Shown here one piece after another: positions 26,406 to 35,787 of a stretch of 64,000 bases of DNA (position 1 is the first letter of the stretch; the number at the start of each line of letters is the position of its first letter). The notes beneath the pieces are model-generated. The model worked only from the letters and a program-made list of their open reading frames with translations, had not been told where the DNA came from and made no database searches. The stretch is from an uncultured Clostridia bacterium (lineage in GTDB: Bacteria; Bacillota; Clostridia; Oscillospirales; CAG-272). The DNA lies in assembly GCA_937884385.1 (NCBI GenBank), contig CALGCW010000123.1, positions 580 through 64,579 on the forward strand, written 5' to 3'. The position numbers and the translations under genes were made by a program.

Positions 26406-27001
26406 CAGAAGATATCAAAACAAATGAAAATCCGCGTGTGAACAATCCCGGTGCCGCTATCGAGGCTATAATGTTCGCGGCAGGCTATCCTATGAGATAC
26501 GAAAAGCTTGCAGCAACGCTTGAAATAAGCATAAGCGACGTAAAAAGATACGTGTCGGAGCTTGCTGAAAAATACGCATCCGACGATTACGGAATTATGA
26601 TACTTATGTTTCCCGAGACCTGCCAATTCTGCACTAAGGAACGCTATAGCGAGCCGATAAAGACCGCGCTTGGCATCAAACGAGGAGGGAATCTCTCCAA
26701 TTCGTCAATGGAGGTCCTTGCGATCGTAGCATATAATCAGCCCGTAACGAGAAGCTTCGTTGACCTTGTGCGCGGAGTTGACTCAAGCTATGCAATGAGC
26801 TCCCTTGTTGACAAGGCGCTTATTGAAACCTGCGGAAGGCTCGACGCGCCCGGCAGACCTATGCTCTACGCAACGACGGACAAGTTCTTGCGCGTATTCG
26901 GTCTCAATTCAATAAACGATCTCCCCGAGGTAGAGCTCCTTCGCGCAAGTGACGAGCAAATGGAAATAATGACCCCCGAAGAGGAAGAGATCGAAGAATA
27001 A
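26402..27001 (+). CDS. scpB: Segregation and condensation protein B
   Basis: AIEAIMFAAGYP..., LEVLAIVAYNQPVTRSFV and GRPMLYATTDKFL blocks are typical of ScpB. Confidence 0.85.
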   Translation: MTEDIKTNENPRVNNPGAAIEAIMFAAGYPMRYEKLAATLEISISDVKRYVSELAEKYASDDYGIMILMFPETCQFCTKERYSEPIKTALGIKRGGNLSNSSMEVLAIVAYNQPVTRSFVDLVRGVDSSYAMSSLVDKALIETCGRLDAPGRPMLYATTDKFLRVFGLNSINDLPEVELLRASDEQMEIMTPEEEEIEE

Positions 27002-27034
27002 TTTTTATGTTCAAAAAGAAAGGAGTGAGCGATT

Positions 27035-27655
27035 ATGACTGCAATATACATAGTACTGTGCATAATTGCAGGTATAGTGTTGCTTCTTTCGATCCCCGTC
27101 GGGATAAATATTGTCTTTGAGGATGAGCTGTGCGTATATTTACGCATCCTGTTTTTTAAGATAAGGCTTTACCCTTCAAAAAATAAAAAATTCAATTCCA
27201 AAAGGCACGATAAAAAGAAGAAAAAGAAGGAAAATGCACCCAAGACCGTTCTCAAGGAACGCGATGAACTAAAGAAAAAGCCGTCAATAGTGGAAAGCAT
27301 CAGCACTGTAACGGAGATAATAAAAACCTTTTTCAAGCATTTTTCAAAGCATCTTCACGTCAAGCTCACCAAGATCCATATCAAGGTCGGCTCTCCCGAT
27401 GCGGCTCAAACCGCCATTCTCTACGGAGCGATCTCGGGTGCTGTATCTTGCCTTGTCGAGCTTATCGATGAAATTACGAATCTCTCAAGGTTATCTTCGT
27501 CATCCATCACAGTTGAGCCAGACTTTTTAGCGGATAAGACACAGGCTCGCATCAATATTTCCCTGTACATCAACTCGTTCGGCGCGATCATAGTGATCCT
27601 CAGAACGCTTATCAAATATTTTATTCTGAAAAACAAAAACTCTAACAATAAATAA
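27035..27655 (+). CDS. Membrane-anchored sporulation-associated protein (YtfI/DUF2953-like)
   Basis: It has one N-terminal TM and a K-rich linker, and sits directly upstream of ytfJ as ytfI does in Bacillus. The family call rests on context only. Confidence 0.5.
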   Translation: MTAIYIVLCIIAGIVLLLSIPVGINIVFEDELCVYLRILFFKIRLYPSKNKKFNSKRHDKKKKKKENAPKTVLKERDELKKKPSIVESISTVTEIIKTFFKHFSKHLHVKLTKIHIKVGSPDAAQTAILYGAISGAVSCLVELIDEITNLSRLSSSSITVEPDFLADKTQARINISLYINSFGAIIVILRTLIKYFILKNKNSNNK

Positions 27656-27673
27656 CCGAAAGGAAATCAGATT

Positions 27674-28102
27674 ATGGCAAACGAAAACAGATTTGATACT
27701 ATGTTCAAGACGTCCTTTGACAATATCAAGAGTATGCTTGATTCCAACACGGTAGTTGGCAATCCCATTGAGCTCTCAAACGGTACGACTATCATCCCCA
27801 TCTCCAAGCTTTCAGTAGGCTTTGCCACAGGTGGCGTAGACACGGGCAGTGCCGCGCAGAAATCCCCAAAATTCGGAGGAGGCGGCGGAAGCGGTATGTC
27901 CGTAACGCCCGTTGGATTTCTTGTAATCAACAAGGATGGAAGGACTGATTTCGTTAACGTCGAAGGCAAGAGTGCTCCCGACCCCGTTGAGCAGGCGTGT
28001 GACCTTCTTGACCGTTCACCCGAGATAATCCAGAAGATAAAGAACATCTTTGACAGCAAGAGCGATAAGCCCGAAGAGGTCGTTGTTGAAGATATAGAAT
28101 AA
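27674..28102 (+). CDS. ytfJ: Sporulation protein YtfJ (GerW family)
   Basis: VVGNPIELSNGTTIIPISKLSVGFATGG and a G-rich loop followed by PVGFLVI are typical of GerW/YtfJ. Confidence 0.8.
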   Translation: MANENRFDTMFKTSFDNIKSMLDSNTVVGNPIELSNGTTIIPISKLSVGFATGGVDTGSAAQKSPKFGGGGGSGMSVTPVGFLVINKDGRTDFVNVEGKSAPDPVEQACDLLDRSPEIIQKIKNIFDSKSDKPEEVVVEDIE

Positions 28103-28114
28103 GTAATATAAATT

Positions 28115-28159
28115 CACCTCGGTTAATATATTTTACTAATATTTCCGAGGTGGGTTTTT
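28115..28159 (+). terminator. Hairpin plus T-run after ytfJ that also contains the SD of the next gene
   Basis: Arms CACCTCGG (28115-28122) and CCGAGGTG (28145-28152) enclose a 22-nt AT loop, followed by GGTTTTT and the ATG at 28160. Confidence 0.4.
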
Positions 28160-29296
28160 ATGAAAAAAGTATTACAGATCACATCATTCATACTCATATT
28201 TGCCGTTTTTCTTAACTCAATTTTCATCTTAGCACAAAACGAAGATGAAAAGGCAAAGCTGACTCACATCTCAGCGGAAAGCTCGTGCCTTATAGATGCG
28301 CAAAGCAAAAAGCTGCTCTACTCCAAAAACGAGAGCAAGCCAATGCCTATGGCGTCCACGACAAAGATAATGACGGCTATATTGGCTCTTGAATCGGGCA
28401 TCCCACTTGATACACCAGTAAGTGTACCAAAGGAAGCTGTGGGAGTCGAAGGCTCGTCTATATATTTGAACGTCGGTGAAAAAATAAGCTTCGGTGGCTT
28501 GATATATGCTCTGCTTCTCTCCTCTGCAAACGATGCCGCAATTGCAATAGCACAAACCGTAGCAGGTGATACGGATAGCTTTGTAGGGCTGATGAACGAA
28601 AAGGCGGGCGCGCTGGGGCTTACGAACACTCATTTCACCAATCCCCACGGCCTTTACGATAAAGAGCATTATACTACTGCGTATGAGCTTGCCCTGATAA
28701 TGGCTTATGCTATGAAAAACGACAAATTCGCAAGGATCACAGCCACGAAAAGAACGGTATTGCCGCGCGAGGACGATGGGGTAAGAGTCCTTGTCAATCA
28801 CAATAAGCTCCTTAAGGAGAACGGCGATATTATCGGCGGCAAAACGGGCTTTACAAAGAAAAGCGGACGATGTCTTGTCACCTGTGCGGAAAATAACGGG
28901 TTGCGACTAATTTGTGTGACGCTCAATGCTCCCGATGATTGGAACGATCACAAAAAGCTTTATGATTTTGCTTTTGCAAGCTACCAAAGCGTCGCTTTTG
29001 AGCCTCTCACGGTGCAAATACCCGTGATATCCGGCAAAACAGATGTAATAACGGTGCGCTCCCTTCCCTTGGATCCGCTGATAGCATCAAAAAGCGAAGG
29101 AGAGGTCGAAGTGGTGATCGAAGCTCCGAGATTCGTGTTTGCACAAGTCAAAAAAGGCGAGCAGCTTGGCAGAGTCCTGTATATTCTGAACGGGAGGGTC
29201 ATCTCCGCATCACCCCTTGTTGCAGTCGACTCCGCAGAAAAAATAAAATACGGCTTTGACCTGTTTGAATGGTTGAGGCAACTCTTTAAAATATAA
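28160..29296 (+). CDS. D-alanyl-D-alanine carboxypeptidase (class A low-MW PBP, DacB/DacF-like)
   Basis: It has a signal peptide and the motifs SxxK (ASTTKIMT), SxN (SSAND) and KTG (GKTGFT). Confidence 0.85.
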   Translation: MKKVLQITSFILIFAVFLNSIFILAQNEDEKAKLTHISAESSCLIDAQSKKLLYSKNESKPMPMASTTKIMTAILALESGIPLDTPVSVPKEAVGVEGSSIYLNVGEKISFGGLIYALLLSSANDAAIAIAQTVAGDTDSFVGLMNEKAGALGLTNTHFTNPHGLYDKEHYTTAYELALIMAYAMKNDKFARITATKRTVLPREDDGVRVLVNHNKLLKENGDIIGGKTGFTKKSGRCLVTCAENNGLRLICVTLNAPDDWNDHKKLYDFAFASYQSVAFEPLTVQIPVISGKTDVITVRSLPLDPLIASKSEGEVEVVIEAPRFVFAQVKKGEQLGRVLYILNGRVISASPLVAVDSAEKIKYGFDLFEWLRQLFKI

Positions 29297-29307
29297 GGAT
29301 AACCAAT

Positions 29308-30021
29308 ATGGAAAAAATCAGACTTCAAAAATTCTTTACCGATTGCGGCGTACTTTCGCGTCGCGCGGCAGAGGAAGAAATAAAGGCAGGACGAGTAAAG
29401 ATAAACGGCACCGTTGCCTCGTTGGGAGATAAGGTGGACCCGGAGACAGACGTCGTTGAATATAAGGGCAAAAGACTTGAGGGACGTAAGAGCGAAAAGT
29501 ACGTCTACATCCTTCTCAACAAGCCCTGCGGTATCGTCACGAGCGCAAAGGACGAAAAAGGCAGACCCTGCGTCACCGATATCGTCAAATGCGGAACTCG
29601 CGTGTATCCCGTGGGCAGACTTGACCTTAATTCACAGGGCCTTATTCTGATGACGAACGATGGCGAGCTTACCAATAAGCTTACCCATCCGCGCCACGAA
29701 ATACCCAAAATTTACGAAGTAAGCGTCGTGGGCAAGGTAACCACAGAGCAATTGACTTTTCTCAATTCTTCTATGACCGTCGACGGCTATATCCTCCTCC
29801 CCGTCAAGACCGAATTCGTTTCAAAAAACGATAAATATACCTTGCTTCGTATGACACTTTATGAGGGCAGAAACAGACAGATACGCAAAATGTGCGAGCA
29901 GGTCGGTCTTAAGGTAGCAAAGCTTGAAAGAGTAGCCATAGGCTCTATCACTCTCGGCAACCTCGCACCCGGAAAATGGAGATATCTTACCGAGAATGAA
30001 ATAAATATGCTAAAAAAATAA
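29308..30021 (+). CDS. rluB: 23S rRNA pseudouridine synthase, RsuA/RluB family
   Basis: An N-terminal S4 domain (RLQKFFTDCGVLSRRAAEEEIKAGRVKING) and the catalytic block VGRLDLNSQGLILMTNDG are present. Confidence 0.85.
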   Translation: MEKIRLQKFFTDCGVLSRRAAEEEIKAGRVKINGTVASLGDKVDPETDVVEYKGKRLEGRKSEKYVYILLNKPCGIVTSAKDEKGRPCVTDIVKCGTRVYPVGRLDLNSQGLILMTNDGELTNKLTHPRHEIPKIYEVSVVGKVTTEQLTFLNSSMTVDGYILLPVKTEFVSKNDKYTLLRMTLYEGRNRQIRKMCEQVGLKVAKLERVAIGSITLGNLAPGKWRYLTENEINMLKK

Positions 30022-30048
30022 CGGGATCGCTCCCGTTATTTTTTTATT
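30019..30048. terminator. Bidirectional rho-independent terminator
   Basis: Stem ACGGGA / TCCCGT with an A-run upstream and a T-run downstream, between the convergent rluB and LRR genes. Confidence 0.55.
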
Positions 30049-31345
30049 TTGTTATTCCGTTTGAGCAATATACCTTGTAATCGCCGCATCTATAGTTCCA
30101 AGATGGATCTTTAGCAATTGTTACCCACTCAGCAACGGTTCCTTCATAATTAATAGCAGTCAATAATCTGCACTCCGTAAATGCGGAGGGTCGAATAGTA
30201 GTCACAGATTTTGGAATATTAACTATTTCAAGATACTGTGCATAAATAAATGCACCCTTACCTATGATCTTAACGTGCGAGGGGATCGAAAACTCTTTCT
30301 CTGGCTTTCCAAGAGCGTATTGGATAAGAAGCTCACCATTTTTGCTATAAAGATTTCCGTCTATTGAGCAATAAGCAGGGTTATCTGCGCTGACCTCAAT
30401 ATTCTGAACGTTAAGTGCTCCCGTAAGCGAATACATTCCCATATTTCTCAATGTAGAGGGCAATGAAAGCTTTTCAAGGGAATAGCAGGCATCGAAAGCA
30501 TAATTACCTAATTCCGTCACGCCCTCGGGAATTATAAGCTCCCGAAGAGCAATGCAACCCACAAATGAGTAATCATTGATCTTAGTTATTCCTGTTGGCA
30601 AGATAAGCTCCTCTATTCTTTGACAATTATCAAAAGCGCTTGCGCCTATGCTTGTAACACTGTTCGGAATAACTATACTGCCACTAAGATTAAAGCAGTA
30701 TTGGAAAGCACTTTTCCCAATGGACTCCAAGTTTTTAGGCAATGTTATCTTCTTAAGAGATTTACAGTTTCTGAATAAACACGGTTCTATGCTCTTTATA
30801 CCGTCTGGCAATTCTATTTTTTGAAGTCTATAACAGCTTTCAAAAGTATTACTGCCAATAGCTTTTACTGATTTGGGAACCTCAATATTCACCAAATATT
30901 CGCATCCATAAAACACGACGTCTGATATCTCTTCAAGGCATTCCGGCATGTCAACGGTATGAAGTGCCGTACAGCCTTTAAAGGTTCTGGATTCGAGCTT
31001 CTTAATACTTTTGTTTCCCCAAGGAAAACGAACAACTCTTAGCTCTTTGCAATCAAAAAATGCTTCGTACCCGATCTCCTCAAGTGTTTTAGGCAAAGCA
31101 ATACTTGTAATATTTGATTTTGAAAATGCCTTTGGTGCGATCGCAGTTACCGTATAGCCGTCAATGGTGCCAGGAATATCCACATCGGTCCTGACGTATT
31201 CGCCTATACCTGTGATGGTTATGGATCTTCCATCATCATTTATTTTATACTCTAGCTTCGATGCTTCCGCATTTGTATTACAGGAAACAAGTAATATTGA
31301 AATTATACCAATGAGCAAGATTGTAGATAACAGATGCTTTTTCAT
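30044..31345 (-). CDS. Leucine-rich repeat (BspA/LRR_5-type) surface lipoprotein
   Basis: A lipoprotein signal with lipobox LLVSC is followed by about 14 tandem ~23-25-aa repeats of the form IxIPxSVxxIGxxAFxxCxxLxxI. Confidence 0.8.
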   Translation of the reverse strand: MKKHLLSTILLIGIISILLVSCNTNAEASKLEYKINDDGRSITITGIGEYVRTDVDIPGTIDGYTVTAIAPKAFSKSNITSIALPKTLEEIGYEAFFDCKELRVVRFPWGNKSIKKLESRTFKGCTALHTVDMPECLEEISDVVFYGCEYLVNIEVPKSVKAIGSNTFESCYRLQKIELPDGIKSIEPCLFRNCKSLKKITLPKNLESIGKSAFQYCFNLSGSIVIPNSVTSIGASAFDNCQRIEELILPTGITKINDYSFVGCIALRELIIPEGVTELGNYAFDACYSLEKLSLPSTLRNMGMYSLTGALNVQNIEVSADNPAYCSIDGNLYSKNGELLIQYALGKPEKEFSIPSHVKIIGKGAFIYAQYLEIVNIPKSVTTIRPSAFTECRLLTAINYEGTVAEWVTIAKDPSWNYRCGDYKVYCSNGITK

Positions 31346-31363
31346 ACACTTCTCCTTTAATGG

Positions 31364-34300
31364 TTATTTACCCGCAACATTCTCTTCTCCCAAAAGAGAC
31401 TTGAGCTGTGCTAAGGTATATTCCGTCACGTCCATACATAGACCTGACGTTTTATACTGTTTGGTACTTGAATCATAGAATATTACGGGCACATCCCCCT
31501 CAAATATCTCTACGATATTCTTTGCCTTTAAGAATGCCTCGCATCCGAGATCGGGCACTCTCAGATAAAGCTTGCTTATACTTGCAGATCTTGAACCAAA
31601 TGAAGTTGCGCTCGGCACCTTTTTTTCCGAAGAGGATTGGATCTCAATCTTATTGCGTGCAAAAGCCTCGTTTTTTTGGAGCTGCTCCATTTTTGAAACG
31701 ATGAATCTCGCGTCCTCATCGTCACGCCTTTGAACCGTGCCGACAATTAAGACGGCATTATCCTCTCTTATGATGTCGGAAACTCTTGCAAAGGTCTTTG
31801 CAAATGCAATGCACTCTATCTCACCGTATCGGTCCACGAGGGTGAAAAACGCCATTTTTTCACCCGAGCGAGTGACCTTGAGCGTGACGTCACCAATAAC
31901 GCCGACTATGGTCTTAAAGGTTCTTTGCTCTGTGTCCTCTACGGTTGGCAGACTAACTATCTGTATATGGTCGACATTTTCGATATGATCCCTGTAAGAG
32001 TCAAGAGGATGACCCGAAAAATAGAGTCCCGTTGCCTCCTTCTCCTGTGCGAGCTTCATCGAAAGCGAAAGCTCGTCAATATCAGGATACTTGAATTCAA
32101 GACCGGAGTCAAGCCCCATAGACATCGAAAAGAAGTCAAGCTGACCCGCAAGGTTCTGTCCCCTCTTGCTTGTAGCTCCGTCAATTATCGTTTCATAGCT
32201 TGCAAGAAGCTGACTTCTCCTTTTTCCGAGCCTGTCCATAGCACCCGACTTTATAAGAGACTCGACCTGTCTCTTGTTCATATCATATTCGCTCATTCTG
32301 TCAACAAAATCGTCAAATGAGGAAAACGGTCTTCTCTTTCTTTCACGAATTGCGTTAGCAACAAAGCTCTCTCCCACGTTTTTGATAGCAAGAAGACCGA
32401 AGCGGATGTTGTTCTCACTGACGTGGAAATACATTTCGCTCTTGTTGATATCCGGCGGAAGCACTCCTATGCCCAACTTCGCGCAATCCGATATATACTC
32501 CGCTATCTTCGGCATATTGCCAAGCACACTAGTCAGCAGGGCTGCAAAGTATTCCTTGGGGTAGTGCGTCTTAAGATATGCGGTCCTATATGAAATAATT
32601 GAATAAGCCGCCGCGTGGCTCTTGTTGAATGCGTAATTTGCAAAGCTGATCATATCGTCGAACAGCTTTTCCGCACTCATAAGATCGACTCCTCGCTCCC
32701 TCGCGCCTTCAAGGAATGCCCCTCTCTCCGCTTCAAGGACGTCGTGCTTTTTCTTTGACATCGCACGGCGCACTATATCCGCGTGTCCAAAGGAATATCC
32801 GGCGACTCTGCGGAATATGCTCATGACCTGCTCCTGATAAACAACGACACCCGAGGTCGATCGAAGTATATCCTCAAGCATCGGCAACGGATATTCTATT
32901 CTATCGGGATTGTCCCTACATTCCAGATAATGAGGTATGGAATCCATAGGTCCCGGACGGTATAGGGATATGGCTATTATAATATCTTCAAGATCTCGCG
33001 GCTTCATCTGAGAAAGGAACTGCCGCATTCCCGCGCTTTCAAGCTGGAAGATACCCTCCGTCATACCCGTCGATATAAGATCATAGGTTTCTTTATCGTC
33101 AAGCGGTATTTTTTCAATATCAAAGCTCGGTATGCTTTCCTTTATCTGCATAGCCGCATCGTTTATTATCGTCAGATACCTTAGCGCAAGAAAGTCGAAT
33201 TTAAGAAGTCCAAGTCCTGCCACGGCATCCATATCGTACTGAGTGATCGGCACACCGTTGCTCAAAGCGATCGGAACATACTCTGACAAGGGTCTGTCCG
33301 TAATAACTATTCCCGCCGCGTGTATGGATACGTTTCTCGGCATACCCTCAAGCGCCATTGCCGTATCGATAAGTGTCCTGTTTTCGTCACTTTCGTCATA
33401 TTTTTCTTTGAAATCGGGGTCAAGGAGCGAATCCTCAAGCGTTATTCCAAAAACACGGGGTATCTTCGTTGCGACTGCATCTACCTCGGAATAGCTCATA
33501 CCCATTGCCCGTCCCGTATCTCTTATGGCGGCCTTTGCAGCAAGCGTTCCGAAGGTCGCAATCTGCGATACGTGATCAGATCCGTATTTTTCCTTTACGT
33601 ATTCAATGACCTCATCGCGTCGGTTATAGCAAAAGTCCATATCTATATCAGGCATACTGACGCGCTCGGGATTTAAAAATCTTTCAAACAAAAGATCAAA
33701 TACTATCGGGTCTATATCTGTAATATACAGCAGATATGCCACAAGGCTTCCTGCACCGGAGCCACGTCCCGGTCCTACGGGAATACCCCTTGAGCGCGCA
33801 AAAGCAACGTAGTCCCAAACGATGAGGAAATAGTCGGAATAACCCATATTTCCAATAACCGAAAGCTCATAATCTATTCTCTGCAAATATTCTTCTTTTG
33901 TATGCTCCCCGTAAGAAACAGTTCCGTTAGCTTCCCTTTTTGCAAGTCCTTCAAGCACAAGTGCCCTAAGATATTCGGAAGCCTCCTTGCCGTTTGGCAC
34001 AGGATATTTTGGCAATACTACTCCGGTGTCCTCAATCTCAAAATTGCACCTTTCTGCTATCTTCACCGTGTTCTCTATCGCACCCTCATATTTTGAAAAG
34101 AGAAGCTTCATCTCATCGGAATCCTTATAGTAGAATTCATCCGTTTCAAATCCCATAGGTCTGCCGTCGGTAATAACCCTGTTCATCTGAATACACATAA
34201 GTATTGCCTGCGTATCTGCATCGCGGCGGCGAAGATAGTGGCAATCGTTCGTAGCAACAAGGGGCAGATCGCACTCCTTTGCGAGACGAACGAGCTCGGG

Positions 34301-34858
34301 AAGTATCTGCTTTTGCTCCTCTATACCGTGGTTCTGTATCTCAATATAGAAATTGTCCTTGCCAAAAATATCCGCATATTCAAGTGCCGCTTCCCTTGCC
34401 ATATCATAGTCACCAGCAGTAAGCATTCTTGAGACCCTTCCCGCAAGGCAGGCAGACAAAGCAATAAGACCCTCGTGATATCTGCGAAGAAGCTCAATGT
34501 CTACTCTCGGCTTTGAGTAAAAGCCCTCCGTATATGAAGCAGATACCATTTTAAGAAGATTTTTGTATCCAATTTCATTTTCGCACAAAAGCACGAGATG
34601 ATATGGCTGACCGTTGCCGCTTGATTTATCAAATCTTGATTTTGGAGCAACGTAAACCTCGCATCCAACTATTCCCTTAATGCCCTCTTTTTTGCAAGCG
34701 GTAAGAAAAGCGGGTACGCCATAAAGAACGCCGTGGTCAGTAAGAGCTACTGCGGTGTGTCCGCATTCCTTTGCCCTTTTCGGTATGTCCTTTATTCGGC
34801 ACGCACCGTCAAGCAGGCTATATTCACTGTGCAGATGCAGATGTACGAATTCACCCAT
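31364..34858 (-). CDS. dnaE: DNA polymerase III alpha subunit
   Basis: The PHP domain start FVHLHLHSEYSLLDG, the polymerase core and a C-terminal OB fold are present in 1164 aa. Confidence 0.95.
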   Translation of the reverse strand: MGEFVHLHLHSEYSLLDGACRIKDIPKRAKECGHTAVALTDHGVLYGVPAFLTACKKEGIKGIVGCEVYVAPKSRFDKSSGNGQPYHLVLLCENEIGYKNLLKMVSASYTEGFYSKPRVDIELLRRYHEGLIALSACLAGRVSRMLTAGDYDMAREAALEYADIFGKDNFYIEIQNHGIEEQKQILPELVRLAKECDLPLVATNDCHYLRRRDADTQAILMCIQMNRVITDGRPMGFETDEFYYKDSDEMKLLFSKYEGAIENTVKIAERCNFEIEDTGVVLPKYPVPNGKEASEYLRALVLEGLAKREANGTVSYGEHTKEEYLQRIDYELSVIGNMGYSDYFLIVWDYVAFARSRGIPVGPGRGSGAGSLVAYLLYITDIDPIVFDLLFERFLNPERVSMPDIDMDFCYNRRDEVIEYVKEKYGSDHVSQIATFGTLAAKAAIRDTGRAMGMSYSEVDAVATKIPRVFGITLEDSLLDPDFKEKYDESDENRTLIDTAMALEGMPRNVSIHAAGIVITDRPLSEYVPIALSNGVPITQYDMDAVAGLGLLKFDFLALRYLTIINDAAMQIKESIPSFDIEKIPLDDKETYDLISTGMTEGIFQLESAGMRQFLSQMKPRDLEDIIIAISLYRPGPMDSIPHYLECRDNPDRIEYPLPMLEDILRSTSGVVVYQEQVMSIFRRVAGYSFGHADIVRRAMSKKKHDVLEAERGAFLEGARERGVDLMSAEKLFDDMISFANYAFNKSHAAAYSIISYRTAYLKTHYPKEYFAALLTSVLGNMPKIAEYISDCAKLGIGVLPPDINKSEMYFHVSENNIRFGLLAIKNVGESFVANAIRERKRRPFSSFDDFVDRMSEYDMNKRQVESLIKSGAMDRLGKRRSQLLASYETIIDGATSKRGQNLAGQLDFFSMSMGLDSGLEFKYPDIDELSLSMKLAQEKEATGLYFSGHPLDSYRDHIENVDHIQIVSLPTVEDTEQRTFKTIVGVIGDVTLKVTRSGEKMAFFTLVDRYGEIECIAFAKTFARVSDIIREDNAVLIVGTVQRRDDEDARFIVSKMEQLQKNEAFARNKIEIQSSSEKKVPSATSFGSRSASISKLYLRVPDLGCEAFLKAKNIVEIFEGDVPVIFYDSSTKQYKTSGLCMDVTEYTLAQLKSLLGEENVAGK

Positions 34859-34879
34859 AGCGTTCTCCTTTCTTTATCT

Positions 34880-35773
34880 CTACTTGTTCGTTATGTTTTC
34901 TGCTATTTTTAATATTCTTGTAAACCGATTGTTAAGCGCGGACTTCGTCAAGGGCGGCTCAAGCATTGCTGCAAGCTCTGAAAGAGTAGCCTCGTGATTT
35001 TCAAGTCGCAGGTCGATTATTCTCTGCAGCTCGTCAGAAAGCTCGTCATATGCTCCCGACGATTTTATAATTTCAATTGCCTTTAGCTGCTTTTGAGCCG
35101 TTTGAACTGCTCGCTCAATATTATATGCCTCACAATTTGCCGCGCGTATCGCGTCGCTTGAAAACGCTCTCTCAATACCGAGATTTACTACCTTATATAT
35201 CGCGCTCACGGAATGTATAAGCTTCAAGCTATCCTCTATCTTATCGGCACTCTTATAATATATTCCGATGGCCTTGCCCCTTTTGAGGGTCTTGGGCTCT
35301 ATCTTAAGTGCGGTAAGAAACTTGATCAACAGCTCTGCCCTTTCAACGTGAACTATGCGGTATTCAAGATGGTTATTTCCCGGGGAAACGGTAAGAGTTC
35401 CCCTTGCAAGGAACACTCCGCGCATAAAATTCATTTTACATGTCTCACATTTTATGCCTATATACTCTCCGAAATTAGCGCCTTCAGCAGAAAGCGCCAC
35501 CACCTTTGGCGCCATAGCCTTGGCGTCAAAGCTGACACGGTAATACCTTCTGCCCGATTTGCTGATCTGTATCACGGTCGAGTCCTTGGCAAACTGCCTC
35601 TTGAACAAAAGGCAATAAAACTGAGCGAAATCCTCGTTCGGCGTATCAATGCTTATAGTATTGCCCTCAACGTCCGCGTCGAAGAGTATGCCGTAGGCAA
35701 GCGCACGTCGACAGCAGGTCTTATTCGGTATTTCCTTTGTAAATTCCATTTTCACAGTCTCGGAAAACGTCAT
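34880..35773 (-). CDS. whiA: DNA-binding protein WhiA
   Basis: The N-terminus TFSETVKMEF..., LAGLIDADG-like repeats and a C-terminal HTH (LSELAAMLEPPLTKSALNNRF) are present. The ATG at 35773 has GGAGG 5 nt upstream, and the track start at 35785 is TTG. Confidence 0.85.
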   Translation of the reverse strand: MTFSETVKMEFTKEIPNKTCCRRALAYGILFDADVEGNTISIDTPNEDFAQFYCLLFKRQFAKDSTVIQISKSGRRYYRVSFDAKAMAPKVVALSAEGANFGEYIGIKCETCKMNFMRGVFLARGTLTVSPGNNHLEYRIVHVERAELLIKFLTALKIEPKTLKRGKAIGIYYKSADKIEDSLKLIHSVSAIYKVVNLGIERAFSSDAIRAANCEAYNIERAVQTAQKQLKAIEIIKSSGAYDELSDELQRIIDLRLENHEATLSELAAMLEPPLTKSALNNRFTRILKIAENITNK

Positions 35774-35787
35774 TTCATCCTCCAATA

